Notes: generated by a model from the letters alone, not told the origin. DNA of 63,520 nt, filler included, from Choristocarpus tenellus KU-1152 (GCA_964200185.2; 12 parts of 12 records of this genome joined end to end with filler, not necessarily neighbours in it); one strand, 5' to 3'. Positions 1 through 12,989 are shown, counted from the first letter of the whole stretch. A program made the numbers and translations.

Positions 1-51
1 GTATTTGACCCCCAAATGGACGCGGCTCTACCCTCTAAGATACTTTGGCTC
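1..51 (-). mobile_element. MITE family A terminus (partial)
   Basis: Reverse complement reads GAGCCAAAGTATCTTAGAGGGTAGAGCCGCGTCCATTTGGGG, identical to the left end of the complete copy at 54983. Confidence 0.8.
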
Positions 52-217
52 AGAGGCTTCATTATGCAGGCAGTATGAAGGGAGACTCAAGAGTTGATGT
101 CTTGTGCAACCAAAGCCCAGGCGACTATAGCTATCATGCCTGCACTATACATCCGGGGACAACATCACATATTTTATCTATGAATAATTCAATCAATTTT
201 CTTGCTGTGTAATATAC

Positions 218-2168
218 CTCCAGTAGCTTTGGGAAGTCATCACCGGTGTTGAGCTTATCAAACCAGTCCTCCAATGTTCGAAGGTACTTCATATTGTCAT
301 TCGCCTCCAGGCGTGCCGTAAATACCTGTGCACATTTTTGTGTGGAGTTCAGCATACTTGCACAAGCTCTCCGCCTCCACACATGCTGGGTATAGAGTTT
401 TGCTCCTAGATTAAGACTATATCATCCCTCCAATACATTGACTGAGGATCATCAATAAAATAAGTAGACGCAGCCAAAAATTTTACCTCTTTGCACAAGC
501 GTGCAAATGTCGTGCAGTATGTGCTTTTTGACTGATCCAGTGCTCGTAGCACCCGTCGAATGCTCGGTCCTTGCAGTTGCTCGAAAATTGAGTTTAAGTT
601 GTTTGCCTTGAGAAGAGAAGGTAATTGAGGTAGGTTGGGAGGGAAAGCAACGATTTTATCTGAAATTGTGAACCTCTTCCATAAAAGAGGCACAAGCTTA
701 TTTTTCAATTCCCTGGAGAGAAATATCTCCTCCGTATTCACGCAGTCTGATGAGAGTAGTTAAGCCTAATTCAAGTGAACTGTTTTTGTGCAAGGATACA
801 TAATGAGTCTAGTACATAATAGAGTAGTCACAAACCTTGTTCTTCCAAAAATCTATCTCCACATCAGGAGTAGGGTGCATCCCCTGCTTAAGCTGGCTTT
901 CAGGGTCTTGTTTCAGGACTGACTTAATCTGTTTTGTCCATGTAATGATAGCCCCCTCAAGAAGAGAGATCCGATTCTTGCCATTAGAAGCGCCCCCGAT
1001 GTCCATCGGGGGCATGGGCAATCGCGTTTCCCCCTTAATCTGTCCACACAATATTGTTGTACTTGATAGAAATCCATAGAAACGGTCCATGATTTCTCGT
1101 GTGGGAACCTCCCCCCATCTGGCCTGATTCTGCATATTAGATAGGATAGGGAGAAAAATCTCATGTGCAAGTAGCTCAAGGTGCTCAAATGGAGTGTTGC
1201 CACCCATCTCCATAACCATAACTTCCTTTGCTATACCCTCAGCGGTCAGTGCTCCACGAAGAACCTTGACAAAAATCAACGTCTTTCCCTTGGGGACTTT
1301 CTTCGGCATAACCGTGTCACATTTGAGGTTCTCAGGGCAAAAGAGGAAAGTCTTGTCCTCCAACTCGAGGAAATCTGACAACTTTTGTTGGTTTTCTTCG
1401 GTCTGAAATGCCTTGGTGAACTTCGGACCCTGTCAAGAGGAGGAGACGGGGCCGCGTCAGGAGTCGGAAGAATATCATTCAGTAGATGCGGACAGCATAT
1501 TATATACATATATATATATATATATCTTGTTCGCTGGCATTGTTACCACCCCTTTCAGTAAAGTACGCGTATTTTCTTCCTCCTTCGACAAGACAAACGA
1601 AAATCCATGTCGGATCCTAAGATTCGTTTTGTCTACACAGTTCATGGCCTTTTTCATTATGTCCTACTACAACCGTAACCTTTTTCGAGGCATGTTGTAA
1701 CGCCAAGAAGACAGTGCTGCTTCAACTCCAGAGGTAAAACCCCATTGTCCCAAATCAAAGACAATCCTTGGTGTGTGAAAAGGGATTTATGCACACCTAC
1801 CCCCAACTTAGGGTTCGTAAATTGGAAGCACGACAAATTGTATTCATACCATGCATCAGCTACAACACCTCCACGTTCATTCTCCCTGTCATGAATGGAG
1901 TACCCTCAACATTGGTTCGGCCTACTCGGCCCTTGACCTTGATACTTGATATCCCAATTCATCTTTCGAGGGGCACTGCTATATCAAGACATAAGCGCTG
2001 CATCGATCCTGGAGGCAAAACTCCTTCGACACAATTTTATGTCCTACTTGGTGTGTTCTTGGGGATTTGACGTGAACTTACCACCAACTTGGGATAGGTG
2101 GACTGGATGCGAGATGATATGTAGTCAATGCGTGCATCAGGTCCAGCTCCTCCATCCTCGTCCCCCAT
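218..2168 (-). CDS. Axonemal outer-arm dynein heavy chain (beta-type, DNAH9/11/17- or ODA4-like), first four coding exons; gene continues beyond position 1
   Basis: Exons (minus) 2168-2082, 1429-836, 606-487, 325-218, all GT-AG and phase 0. They give MGDEDGGAGPDARIDYISSRIQSTYPKLV|GPKFTKAF...FLPILSNMQNQARWGEVPTREIMDRF...ISLLEGAIITWTKQIKSVLKQDPE...HPTPDVEIDFWKNK|ANNLNSIFEQL...|VFTARLEANDNMKYLRTLE, which matches the DHC_N1 tail region. Confidence 0.92.
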
Positions 2169-2728
2169 TACGAGGGACCCCCACCACGAAAGCAGACCTT
2201 ACCCCAACTGCTTTTATGGTGCTTGAAATGGGTGTTTCGTCGTGTTGGTTGAATGAAGACTTAAACTACGTCACGTTGGAAAAAACAACCGAATGAAGAT
2301 TTTGAAGTCCTAATATTAGTTTGAACTAAATGTTCAATTTGTATGACGGTTTCAGCTCAACTATAGTACGACCTACAACATTATGGTACAATACACTTGG
2401 AGCAACCACAACAGATTGTACAAACACCTGTACTATCCTGTATATCCCATATTGCAAAAACGCTGAACGAAGATAAAGGTAGATATTTGGGACGGATCAA
2501 GGAGAAGACGGAGGAAGAAGTGGTAGGATTGCTGAACCCAACGTACACGAAGCAAGGAGAGAACGGAGGCAGTTCTAATTAGTTTTATTGGAACGACAGA
2601 TAGTCAGCAGTCAGTATGTAAAACAACAGTATTGCGTGTGGCACCTTGGACCATGGGCCATTATCATACACAGCAAATCTGAAATATATGTAAGTTTATA
2701 TTCTGAGGTCCATGAAATCGGAAGGGTA

Positions 2729-2901
2729 GAAATGGAGGTGGCTTCTCATTGGTCCATATATAACCTCCATATTGTATAGAAGTACTAGTCCAACATGAAA
2801 AAAATCATTGATGATTTATGTAACTGTTCACATTATTAAGCCTATTACTAATGTGGGAGGCTCGAAATGGAGGTGACTTCTTATTGGTCCATATAACCTC
2901 C
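2729..2901. repeat. ~40-bp direct repeat pair (2729-2768, 2864-2901)
   Basis: GAAATGGAGGTGGCTTCTCATTGGTCCATATATAACCTCC vs GAAATGGAGGTGACTTCTTATTGGTCCATATAACCTCC. Confidence 0.8.
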
Positions 2902-3143
2902 TAAGTTGTGGAATTATTTGTTAGGTGGGTCAGAACGTTACGAGTTAGTTGTGTGTGTGAAGATTATCGACCTTCGTTCAAACGAACCCTTAACCGACGT
3001 TTCACGACTGGTTCACAGGTATATTAGTCGGATCCAAGGTCAATGCCGAGCCTAACCGCAGTGTCTCCCAGATCGGTGGACAAGTCACCAGCAATGTCCT
3101 TAGGGCATGTGGTTGATGACCCACTTACAACCACCAACCTACC

Positions 3144-3605
3144 ATGACAGCATTGAAACCACCTTCTGGTTTGGGAAATGCAACCTCCATTGGGTTCATC
3201 ATGCAGCAGTTTGAGACGTGTGTGGCTAGGTTGGTTGACTTGAATGGGGCACCTTCAAGGATGCAGCCGTCTCGATACAAATTGTGGTGGATTAGGGACC
3301 TAAGGGATGAAGGGGTCGAAAGGCCCAGCAAATAAAGGGTCCTCGTGTTTGGAAGTGGAAGGGAAGATAAAGTAAGCAACATGTCTCAAACGGTTGGACT
3401 TGGCCAGCGATTGTTGAAATATTTCACACTGGACCCGGGGTTGTGTGCCTTGATAAAGGACAATAAATGCCTTGGTGTAGATATACAATATTAATTTTAC
3501 AAGAGGCTTATGGTCTCGATTCCACTGGCTGATCTTGTGGGGTGAGACAGGTGCAGGCTACCATTACTATTCCTATAGTGTGTGGTTTGCAATTGTCCAC
3601 ACTTA
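3144..3605 (+). mobile_element. Repeat family D: degenerate ORF end plus 3' hairpin (unclassified TE)
   Basis: Homologous to the reverse complement of 12990-13167 and 15806-15887. Reading frame ...LDPGLCALIKDN...YKR.LWSRF contains in-frame stops. Hairpin GTGTGG-TTTGCAATTGT-CCACAC at 3580-3602. Confidence 0.55.
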
Positions 3606-4753
3606 TGAATCACTTATTTACTTGTCTTCAGTATAGCAACTGTATCTTGAACACGACACAAATCGATGGACACTAGTGAGTCAGTACGTATATCATATAT
3701 CATCTATCACTGACCGTCCATCCTATTATCTAATCAACTGGTGGTGGTGTCTATAGTGTATCACCAGGACTATCCACGAACAGCGATGTGTTGAAGATAT
3801 TTGAATAGACTCCTCCAACTGTAACAAATATCAGTAATAGGAAACATACAAAGTCAGAATACAATAAATATCAGTTGGATAACCCATATTTGTTCTAGAA
3901 TACGATTCTATAGGAATCGATTCCATTAAGCATGGTGTTTTGCAATGGACGCCTGGACGGCATCCCTCAACAACGAGTACAATCCACACATGTTACATGT
4001 TCCTTCCCGACGACCGACTAAAAAAACGTGGAGGAGTTCTATGTCGGAAAGTAAGCAAGACAATTGGGAGAGTAGGCATAGCGAGTCCCCTATGATGCCA
4101 CTCGGCTGTTGCCCATACTCTTCTCGAAAGAGATTTTTTTACTTCTTACAACCAGCTTCACCGGAAGACGTTGACCAAGAGAAAACAGTACACTGGCAGG
4201 ACTTGTAGACGGAGTGCGTGAGGACATTCGCTGACCTGTTATGGGTCACTGACAGGAGGGGGATTCCAACAACCCTGAGTATCATGGTGAGGATGCTGCA
4301 GGCAACCGCCAACGATCTCTTGATGCCCTCGGTTTTGTTGGACCTGCAACACGCTGGAGGAGTGTTTTTGGCAATGAAGATGACTCTGTCGACTTGATGT
4401 GACTGCAAAGAAGTTCCTGAAGGAATACAGGGTGAGACAGGCTTATGAGATACTTCCTTCTATTTAGTTCTGTTCCTACCAACGAACGGTTGTGGTCGTT
4501 ACATACTGATCTTTCCATGTGGAACAGTTTTTTTCACTGTATATCCACAAGGTACATATAGGGTCTCATGTACGCAATAGTGTGTAATTCTTATCACTGG
4601 TTCGTGATTCCTGCTTGCCCTTACACTCTGCTTTACTTACGATGAGTGGCGTGTTATCGTGTGGTCTTTAATGTTCCAACAACTGAAAACAACACAACTT
4701 AACCTCCACCGACTATCCCATTGTACTCCCCTCCTGCAATGGCAATTAGTTAG

Positions 4754-4909
4754 GGCTCAAAGTGTCTGGGGGGGGTCTATACCAGGGTGTCCATTCGAAC
4801 TTTGACCAGGAAAAATGCACTTACATTATCCATCCGATGCATGCAACCAAATCGCACAAAAATCACGACATGGAAAAATGAACACCAAAAAGATAGCTGC
4901 CACCCCCCC
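4754..4909 (+). mobile_element. MITE family B (truncated at contig end)
   Basis: GGCTCAAAGTGTCTGGGGGGGG...CCAGGGTGTCCATT..., matching the complete copy 22317-22496. Confidence 0.8.
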
Positions 4910-5009
4910 NNNNNNNNNNNNNNNNNNNNNNNNNNNNNNNNNNNNNNNNNNNNTTAATTAATTAANNNNNNNNNNNNNNNNNNNNNNNNNNNNNNNNNNN
5001 NNNNNNNNN
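4910..5009. other. Artificial contig linker (44 N + TTAATTAATTAA + 44 N); first of 11
   Basis: Identical 100-nt linkers at 4910-5009, 8575-8674, 12763-12862, 15888-15987, 19717-19816, 22657-22756, 41436-41535, 50271-50370, 54249-54348, 57274-57373 and 60284-60383. TTAATTAATTAA puts stops in all six frames. Confidence 0.98.
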
Positions 5010-5149
5010 GGGTGTTTTTTTTGGGGGGGGTCCCACCAGTTTGTTGGGAGGGGACAGTTCAGGGTGGGGCGGGGGGGGGGGGAGTTTACATTCGCATGAA
5101 GCTGCAAATGAGCGAACAGCGGGGCATGCTCGTGTGTGAATGTGTGTAC

Positions 5150-5280
5150 AGTTTCATAACGTACACATTTTTTTCCTACTTAGAAACGTTTCGGAGTAGG
5201 AAAAAATGCCATTTAAAAAAAAAAAAAACAGATGTGGGAAGCCAAGCCCCAAACAGACAAACCCGAGCAAAAGTACCAAG
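5150..5280 (+). mobile_element. MITE family A internal fragment
   Basis: TTTCATAACGTACACATTTT...CGGAGTAGGAAAAAATGCC...GGGAAGCCAAGCCCCAAACAGACAAAC matches the right half of 54983-55243. Confidence 0.7.
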
Positions 5281-5289
5281 TCTATACCC

Positions 5290-7990
5290 TGCTTCCGCAT
5301 CATCCATCTGTTGTAGTTGTGCCATGACATTAATCTTGCAGCCTATGGTCTTGGGACTCTCTCGAATGTCCAATTGAAGTATGGTATTAGAGTCTCTTCT
5401 TTTTTTTTCAAAACTTTCCTCTTTTTTTTTTTCCCCCAACAATGAATGTATTGGCCAATGGGATAATGTCCCCCCCCCCCCCCCCCCCGATTGACCCAAT
5501 TGATTGGTTCCCCTTCGCCCCGCTTTTTGTTGTTGTTGTGATATTATTAAGACACAAGTCTCGGAGATCCTTCTGCGTGCAGGAGAGGTGTTGTACGTGC
5601 CAACAGATTGGTTCCACTACATTTCAAACATCGGCATCAATGCCCAGTGCAACAGGTGACATGGCATCAAGAGGAGGGAGAGGGCTGGTGTCATACATGA
5701 ACTTGTGAAGCGTAGTGGAATGTGGTATCAAAGGTCGTTGTTGTTGCAAGTTGCAGGGGGGAACTCGTGCTGGGGGCTCAAGGGTCGCCGAACAGGAAGT
5801 TTGTTGATTTTTCTTTTTATTGTGTAGTTCTTTGGGGGAGTTGAGGATACAACATTGATTTTGTTGGGCCCACAGCGGCGTGGGACCGTGACAGAGCGTT
5901 AGTGGGATGGCAGTTGCGTTTCGTGTCGATAGATAGTATGTGATGTATGTTTTACGGTTAGGGTTAGGGAGGCCGGTATCTTGCCCTCTCTCATTGGCCA
6001 AGGTGTGTGGTAATTGTGAAGGGTGTTGACTTCATGGTGGAGTTTTGAGCAAGGCTCTTCTAGTGGTGTGCTTTTTCGGATTGTTGTATCAGAACGTTTT
6101 TTTAGATTGGCTCTTGTGTGTAACTCTCTTGAAGGGTGCTTTCTGATGTGTCCATTGTATCCTAAAACCTCTTATGTGCAGTATGAAAGTGTGCCTCATG
6201 TTTGTGGTGTCCCTGTGAGGGGTAGGGGGTGTTGTTGGGAGGACTGGGTTCAACCCTTTTCTAAGAGGCTGTACCCCCCCCCCCCCTCCCTTCTGCTACC
6301 CTAGTGGTGCACTTGCTTTCAATCCAACCTATGTATGTATATATCATTTCGAACAACATGAAATAATGCTTTGTTGTGGGGGATGGGGTACTAGAAGCAC
6401 CACTTGCACCTTATCCTGAATTTCACGTTCAGCCAACATAATAGGATTCATTATCCTCTCAACCCTCTTCTGCCACCTAACCAGTACCTTAACCTTAACC
6501 CATGTTGACATTTCCTCTCTTGTGCTGGTCTTGTACCAGCCTATCAAGTCGGCAGTGTAATGCACCTCTAAGATAATAGTCCTCCCCCCCCCCTTCAAAC
6601 CTTTTATGACATGTTACGTCTGATCAATCAACTCCCCAACCCTCACTCTCCACATCCTGTCTGCTCTGCACCTCCTGATCTCTTGCTGGCAGTCGATCAG
6701 GGATATCCGGAAAATACAAGCCTGACCTCCAGGTTTGCGGGTTTGGATTTAAAAAGAAGAAGCAAGGAAAAGGCCATGTGTAACTTGAAGGCATGAAGTC
6801 TATCCTTCTGCAATAGAGACTTGGCCTGTTAAATGCTACAGTAAGGAGCTTGACCGATAGGGGGTAGCCCAAGGTGGAAAAGGGGAAGAAGTAGCGGCAA
6901 GTGGATAATAGTGGAAGGTTACATAGTAGCAACTGCCTCGTGTCCCCCCCCCCCAGTTTCGCTGCAAAAGAAAATATTATAGATTCTTGCACCAGTGGTC
7001 AACATTTTAATCCCTTTTTTGGTTTCAGTCCCACAGTACAGGATGGGTATCATTAGGCATTGATTCGGACTTCCACATTGATTTTTGCAAGGGAGTAGCT
7101 GCCTAGAAACCTTTGCTAGGTTTGTAGGTGTACACAAAGCCAACCCCACCGAACTGACTTGTCTTAATTGTCAAGATTTGGACAATGATTCAGTGAGTTG
7201 TTGGAGTCCCCTAGGTGATCTCTTGTGTCCATGGCACTCGAGAGACATCCTTTGCTAGGTTTTGTTTCTCCTTGTTCCGGCGTTAAGGTTTTGTTTCTCC
7301 CTGTTCTGGCGTTGAGGGATTATTTCGGTTTTGTTCTGTTGACGCTCCTTCAAGAGCAGCAAAGAGTGCATGAGAGACGTGAAGAGCAACTTGGAGTGCT
7401 TGTTAGCTTGTGAGACTCATGCGATCACTGTGTAGTTTCTCAAATGGCTCCACCTTTCCTCGTCCGCCTTCCCCACTTGAGAAGAAAGGCTGTTGTCGAT
7501 GAATGGCGTGTACATCTTACTAGTGATGTGTTGAGTGCCATGGTTCGATGTGTGGGTCTGCGTACAGGTTAGTGTATTCACCGTATGTGGTTGTCCAGTT
7601 TTCGGGTTGGTGCGTGTAGATAAAGCCATCCATGTTTCGCCAAGACTGAAATCACAGATGGTGGTGGACAGTCTGCCTTGGAAAAACTGCATTGCATCTG
7701 CTTGGGAGGGATGTGGAGCTCTGGTGGAAGAGTGAAAATGTGAACAAAAATGTTTTTGGTAGAGTTGAAGATGGGTGCTGTGGGTTGAACTCCAAGCCAC
7801 ATTTGGTGATGGGAACAGTTTTTTTTTCTGTAGCGGAGCTTTAGGAGTGGTGTCTTCTTTCCCTTTATGGTGAGGTTCTGTCTGTGTGTGTGTTGTTGGT
7901 AGTCCGCTTTGGTGGTGTTGCCTGTTTTGAAGTGGCAAGGCAGAGATAAACTCACTTCATCGATATGTTCCTTCAAATAGACCTGAAGCA
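5290..7990 (-). pseudogene. Possible highly degraded hAT-like transposase
   Basis: Broken frames include RWQKRVERIMNPIMLAEREIQDKVQVVLLVP (resembles the hAT W..L..L.PF..A...LQ....T.S.V.P block) and PLQLATTTTFDT (resembles ATxLDPR). Many stops and frameshifts; no TIRs identified. Confidence 0.3.
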
Positions 7991-8383
7991 CACAGTTCTT
8001 CCAGCACGTTGTGCTACTTTTACAGCTACTACTGCCTCTAATGGTATGTAGCCAGCTGTATCTCCGAGAAAGTTGTCTACAAGCGAGTAGAATAATGTAT
8101 CATTCGATTAAAGGAAACCAAAAAGAAATTTGTTATGTTCTTAATACATCATGGAACTTCTACATTTCATATATAGATCTTACAACACAAACTGCAGCAT
8201 ACAATGGAGGAGTCATTGGCCTCTATGTCACCACGGTAAAAAAATAAGTGTTACATCAGGAAATATTTTCGCAAGGAGGGTAGCAGAATCTCTGGCTCAA
8301 TCAATGTTTTTAGTGCCTCTCCCTTCCGTTCGTAATTAAATGTAACACATCTTTTGCAACCCCCATAAACAATCATTTTGGGG

Positions 8384-8565
8384 GGGTCGAACTATCTGGG
8401 GGGGGGCGAGGGGGCTGTCCATTTGAGGGTCAAAGTTTTCATGTCGCATTTTTTGTGTGGTTTAGTTGCATATATCAGATGAATAAATTAAGTGCACTTT
8501 TCCTGGTAATGACCCGAATGGACACCCTGGCGTAGACCCCCCCCCCCCTTCTGCGACTCTGACCC
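8384..8565 (-). mobile_element. MITE family B, complete but diverged
   Basis: GGGTCGAACTATCTGGGGGG...CCCCCCC...CTCTGACCC; the interior is the reverse complement of 22317-22496. Confidence 0.7.
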
Positions 8566-8676
8566 TTTCGCAATNNNNNNNNNNNNNNNNNNNNNNNNNN
8601 NNNNNNNNNNNNNNNNNNTTAATTAATTAANNNNNNNNNNNNNNNNNNNNNNNNNNNNNNNNNNNNNNNNNNNNAC

Positions 8677-8742
8677 ATATGTATATAGTTTTCATTGGTT
8701 TTCCCCTGACACATCTGCCAAATGTTAGAGGGCATAATAATA
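8677..8742 (+). repeat. Dispersed repeat shared with 16199-16262
   Basis: ATATGTAT..GTTTTCATTGGTTT.CCCCTGACACATCT.C.AAATGT.AGAGGGCATAATA occurs on two different contigs. Confidence 0.7.
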
Positions 8743-9098
8743 TAATATACTCATCTTTGTTCGTAAACTTTCAATTTAAATCAGTATGAAAACATTTGTA
8801 TTTCTTTTGAAACGTTGGTTCTGAGAACTAGCATCATCTCTTTATTATTATTATTGTAATTTGACCAACTGAAAGTTGCTATTTTTATACACAACAACGT
8901 TGATGGGTGTGAATGGACTACTGAGTGGACTATTGGTTGCAGGAATGACGCACGGAGGTTGAAGGCGAGTTCATTTTAGCCTACTAAGGATACTTCATCA
9001 ACGGGGTGAAACTGATTACATCTCCTTCATTCCCTGGTTGACATTGCTTACAAGCTTGTTGAGAACCGCCAACAATTCCTACGTGTGAAACGTTGACG

Positions 9099-12000
9099 AT
9101 GAGCTATCATCCACCTTTGGGTCGGGGTGACCTTCCCTACACAATGCCCAGCATTTATACATCTAGAGGGTACTGGATACCTCCAGGTCGAACTTTGCCA
9201 ATTAGGGGGCGAGATGGTGGTAAGAATTGGCCACCTGTAACCCCCTTCCCCCTGGAGACTGTCTGCCTCTCAATATGTTGGTATCCTTGTTGGGTTTGCC
9301 ATGGGACTCTTTGAAGAATTCGTGTCATTTTGTGAGGTTCAAAGTTTGTTCCGATTGTCAAACGCCATTTCCTCACAGGGATGGCCACCCTACATCCCGA
9401 CGAAAGTATGTTAGCACGCTTGGCTCACGTGCGATCTTTAGTGGAGCAGCAGCAACAAGAAGAAAAGAGGAAAATGGAGAAGCGGGAAGCAAACCGGAAG
9501 GCCGCCCACTCGAGTAGGGCAAGAAAAAGAGAGCTCATCCAAACGATGGCTAAGGCCAACGAGGAAATGAGGAGACGAACGCTCATTCTCTCCTTACTCC
9601 CGGACATGATACTTGCAGTAGGAAGGGATGGTGTCGTGACGTACGCAAGTGAGAATTGCAAACAGTTTCTGAAGTATTCCTCCCAGGTAAGTCCCCTATA
9701 CAGTGTTTTTGACCTGTCAATGTACCTCTCATCTCTCCTTTGGGGTGTCCAAACCGTGCGATATTTTTGGCGTATCTCAGGCACTGAAACGAAGACGATA
9801 AATACCATGTGGGCATCATCTGGTTGGTCACTGAAATTTTGGTCGAATTTTATGTCATGTTGGAAGTCCCTGAGAATGGAATGGTCATAAATTGAGTGAG
9901 TGAGTGAAGGGAAGGGAAACTATTTTAGAGGTATTGCTGTAGGTATATCAGTTGAAACGAGACAAGAGGGAACGATGAGAGTGGCATGCGTAAGGTGAAA
10001 GGCGAGGAAGACACTATTCCGAAGCAACGAAAGGGTGCACGGGGGTTCAATTACGAGGAATAGGGTAGCAGGGATCCACTACCTGAAGCCCCAAGTGCTT
10101 GTTGTTATTCCGGATTGACAAACAGGAAGGGATATGGTATTGTGGCTTGTCGGACAGTAGACCTCTAGGACTCGTGCAGGTGTCACCGCTTAACTACAAA
10201 TCCCATAGCCCGCTCAGGCTCTCTCTGCCGTGATTTTCCTTTACCTTTCCAGGAGGTGGAGGGGAAAAGTATATTTGACCTTGTCGCTGAGGGAAGTCAC
10301 GATCACTTGCGTGAGCTCCTCGAGGAGAGCCTGGGCGCTATGAGCAAGGAAGCCATTGCAAGTGCCCTCCGTCTGCAGGGAACGAGTGTTCAGACTCTTA
10401 AGGCCCGAAGCGAGAAGGCTGAAGAGTCGAGCAAAGAAGGCTTCTCCTATGGTGGATATGATTCAAGGGGAACGTCTGCTGATTGCAGAAATAGGTCAAA
10501 CTCATCAGGTAGTGGGGGTTCGGAATATGCTGGCAGGGGCACTGGAGGAAGCACAACTGGGGGGAGCAGTGACAGTGAAGGAAGTGAGAATAAGTCTGGA
10601 GTGACTACGAATGGGAGTGACTCAGATAGCTGCAGCAACAAGGGTTATGTGGCAGGCGCTGGTTCTGGCAAGGATACTGCACTCCCATTGATCCAACAAG
10701 TGCCGAAGGTGGGTAAAGGGGGCACAGGAGTGGATGATGATGATACAGCTAGCTCCCACTCTGGTGATAGCAAGGGTACAGTACGGGTTGATCCAGAGCT
10801 GCAGTGCAGGATTAATGCTCATACCAATGCACAGAAGGTGAGACATGATGGTGAACTTTCCATGAGGCATTTGTTTGTCGTTCAAATTGTCTCTGACCTG
10901 ATTGCCCCCTGGTGTGTGTGTGTGTGTTGTGTGTTCAAATGCTAGGTATCTAGGGGCTCCATTTTGATACAAGTGTCTGACATTCGACTCTTCACTTGAC
11001 TTGTGCATGTGACGTTTTATTGTCAATATCCATCTTGATGATATGCCACACAGAGCATCTGCAAGCTCCAGGTCGTTTGCAAGGAGAAATGCACTTCTTG
11101 GTGTGAGGTCCGCACTGCGATGCGACTGGTTTGGTCAAAGGAGATGCAGCTAATTATTCCAATTGAAGTGGTCTGCTCCTTCCAACTAATGCAGGAGATA
11201 GAAGGGGATGAAAAGCCGGGCATGGTAGCAAGGCTTCAAGAGGTGATCGTGATGGGGGTGTGATTGTTTGTGCGAGGGGTTGTTTATGGTGCTTTCACCC
11301 CAGTCAGTACCCAAGTTCGCCTATTGCTCAACCTCCCTTGAGTTATGTGAGAGTAAGGGGCATCTACCTTCAACTGAAGTGAAAACAAACCATACCCAAA
11401 AAGCACTCTTGTCTTGGGTGTTGGTTGTGGAGACGTGACAGGCTAGAAGAGATTGAACTTTGGGGGGCCAGAAGAGATCCATTTGCTCTTCTGGGAGACT
11501 CTGCTAGCAGTCCCTTTCCTGCTTGTTTGCAAGCTTCGCCCTTGACCGGTCACTATATGTATTTATGGAATATTTTTGTTGTTGAGCAGATGTTGTGCTT
11601 GCAGTATCTTGTCCCAAAAAATTGAGGTGAGCGTGTCGGACGAAAACAATTTGGATCTTGAGAAGTGTCACTAAATTTTGTACAGGTCAGACTCGGGGGG
11701 AAGGGTTACACACATACACATTAATTGGTTTTGGCTTTTATTGAACAAGTCGTGCCGTTTGGATCGATCTGTGCATTTTGTGGGACCTTCTCAAAAGCAT
11801 TTGAAGGGTGAATGAATTAATTGTGTTTACTATATTTTATTGCTAAGAATTGAAGGGTCTCCTATGATGGAGGCAGCATTTTGTGATGCTCCACTCTTTG
11901 AGTGTGTCCTGTATTGTGAGGGAGCTATTGGACAGTAGCTTGCCAAGAACACATTAATGTGCGGATGACAAGGACCCCCTTGAGGTATTTGCTCTACTTT

Positions 12001-12709
12001 CTCAAGTTGTTAGTGGTTTGGTGGCGTGTTGGGGATATGTGAGAACATAGGGGGTCTTGATTCATGGTACCCTATTGACAGCAGTATGCTTGTCTCACAC
12101 TTTCTCTGCCTAGTGTTGGGCAGGAGTGAAGATGGGTATCCTTTGATTGAGACCGACGTGGACAAGAGATACTTCAACACGTCCTACTTGCTCGCTGGCT
12201 CTATGCATCGACACTGCACAACACAATTATCTTACTTGATCTTATTTTATTTTCTATATTGCACAATGCTTCTTTGCTGAGCACGATCTGTACCTGTATT
12301 TTTTTTATTGCTTTCACACTAGAATATTCCCTTGGAAACACCTAGAAATAACAGTACATTTTTTTTTTTCCTACTTTGACAGGGTGCCAGGCGCAGTCCC
12401 ACAGCGAGTGACACTCCTGGTGGAAGCATTGTAACTGACAGTAACGGTAGGGTGGGATCCTCTAGTAGTGATGGTGGGGCAGGAAGTGAAGGGGGCTGTT
12501 CGAGTGATGGTTGTGGAGGCAGCGATGACACCGGGTCCTTTCAGGACGGGGAACCTCCGACAAGGAGCTGTAAGCGAATTCGCCTGGGATCCAAGGAGTG
12601 TGAACTGGAAAGGGGAGAGGGGGGAGATGTCTATGATGGTGGCTCAGACAACTCCAATTATTCTGCTTCAACAAACAGAAGCGATCTGAGTGACAAGAAC
12701 GATATCTGA
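9099..12709 (+). CDS. bZIP-PAS transcription factor (stramenopile-type, non-LOV), ~509 aa
   Basis: Exons 9099-9219 (probable; alternative start ATG 9381), 9379-9686, 10253-10837, 11054-11242 (alternative donor after 11224), 12383-12709; all phase-compatible GT-AG. Basic region KREANRKAAHSSRARKRE. PAS core DMILAVGRDGVVTYASENCKQFLKYSSQ|EVEGKSIFDLV. PAC-like strands CKLQVVCKEKCTSWCEVRT...IEVVCSFQLM. Confidence 0.85.
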
Positions 12710-12989
12710 GAGAGAGGGGGTATAGATGTGGCCTTTGTACACACAAAGGCCTGATAGGTAGGNNNNNNNNNNNNNNNNNNNNNNNNNNNNNNNNNNNNNN
12801 NNNNNNTTAATTAATTAANNNNNNNNNNNNNNNNNNNNNNNNNNNNNNNNNNNNNNNNNNNNAAAGATAGAGCCACATATATGTTTCCGTATATTTCATT
12901 TGAGCACGACACAATGTTCGTGTATGGTAGGACCTGATATTGGATCATCAGTTGATATATCATATATGGCACGTATGGTAAGTAGATAT

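Noticed and set aside
134-217. ORF continuation YYTARKLIELFIDKIC as dynein coding sequence
   Set aside because: It follows a GAG|GTATAT donor, skips the conserved segment expected next and ends in a stop; it is intron read-through.
746-780. Hammerhead ribozyme core CTGATGAG
   Set aside because: No properly placed GAAA or supporting stems.
9381-10330. Aureochrome (bZIP-LOV)
   Set aside because: No GxNCRFLQ motif; ENCKQFL lies at a different position in the PAS core.
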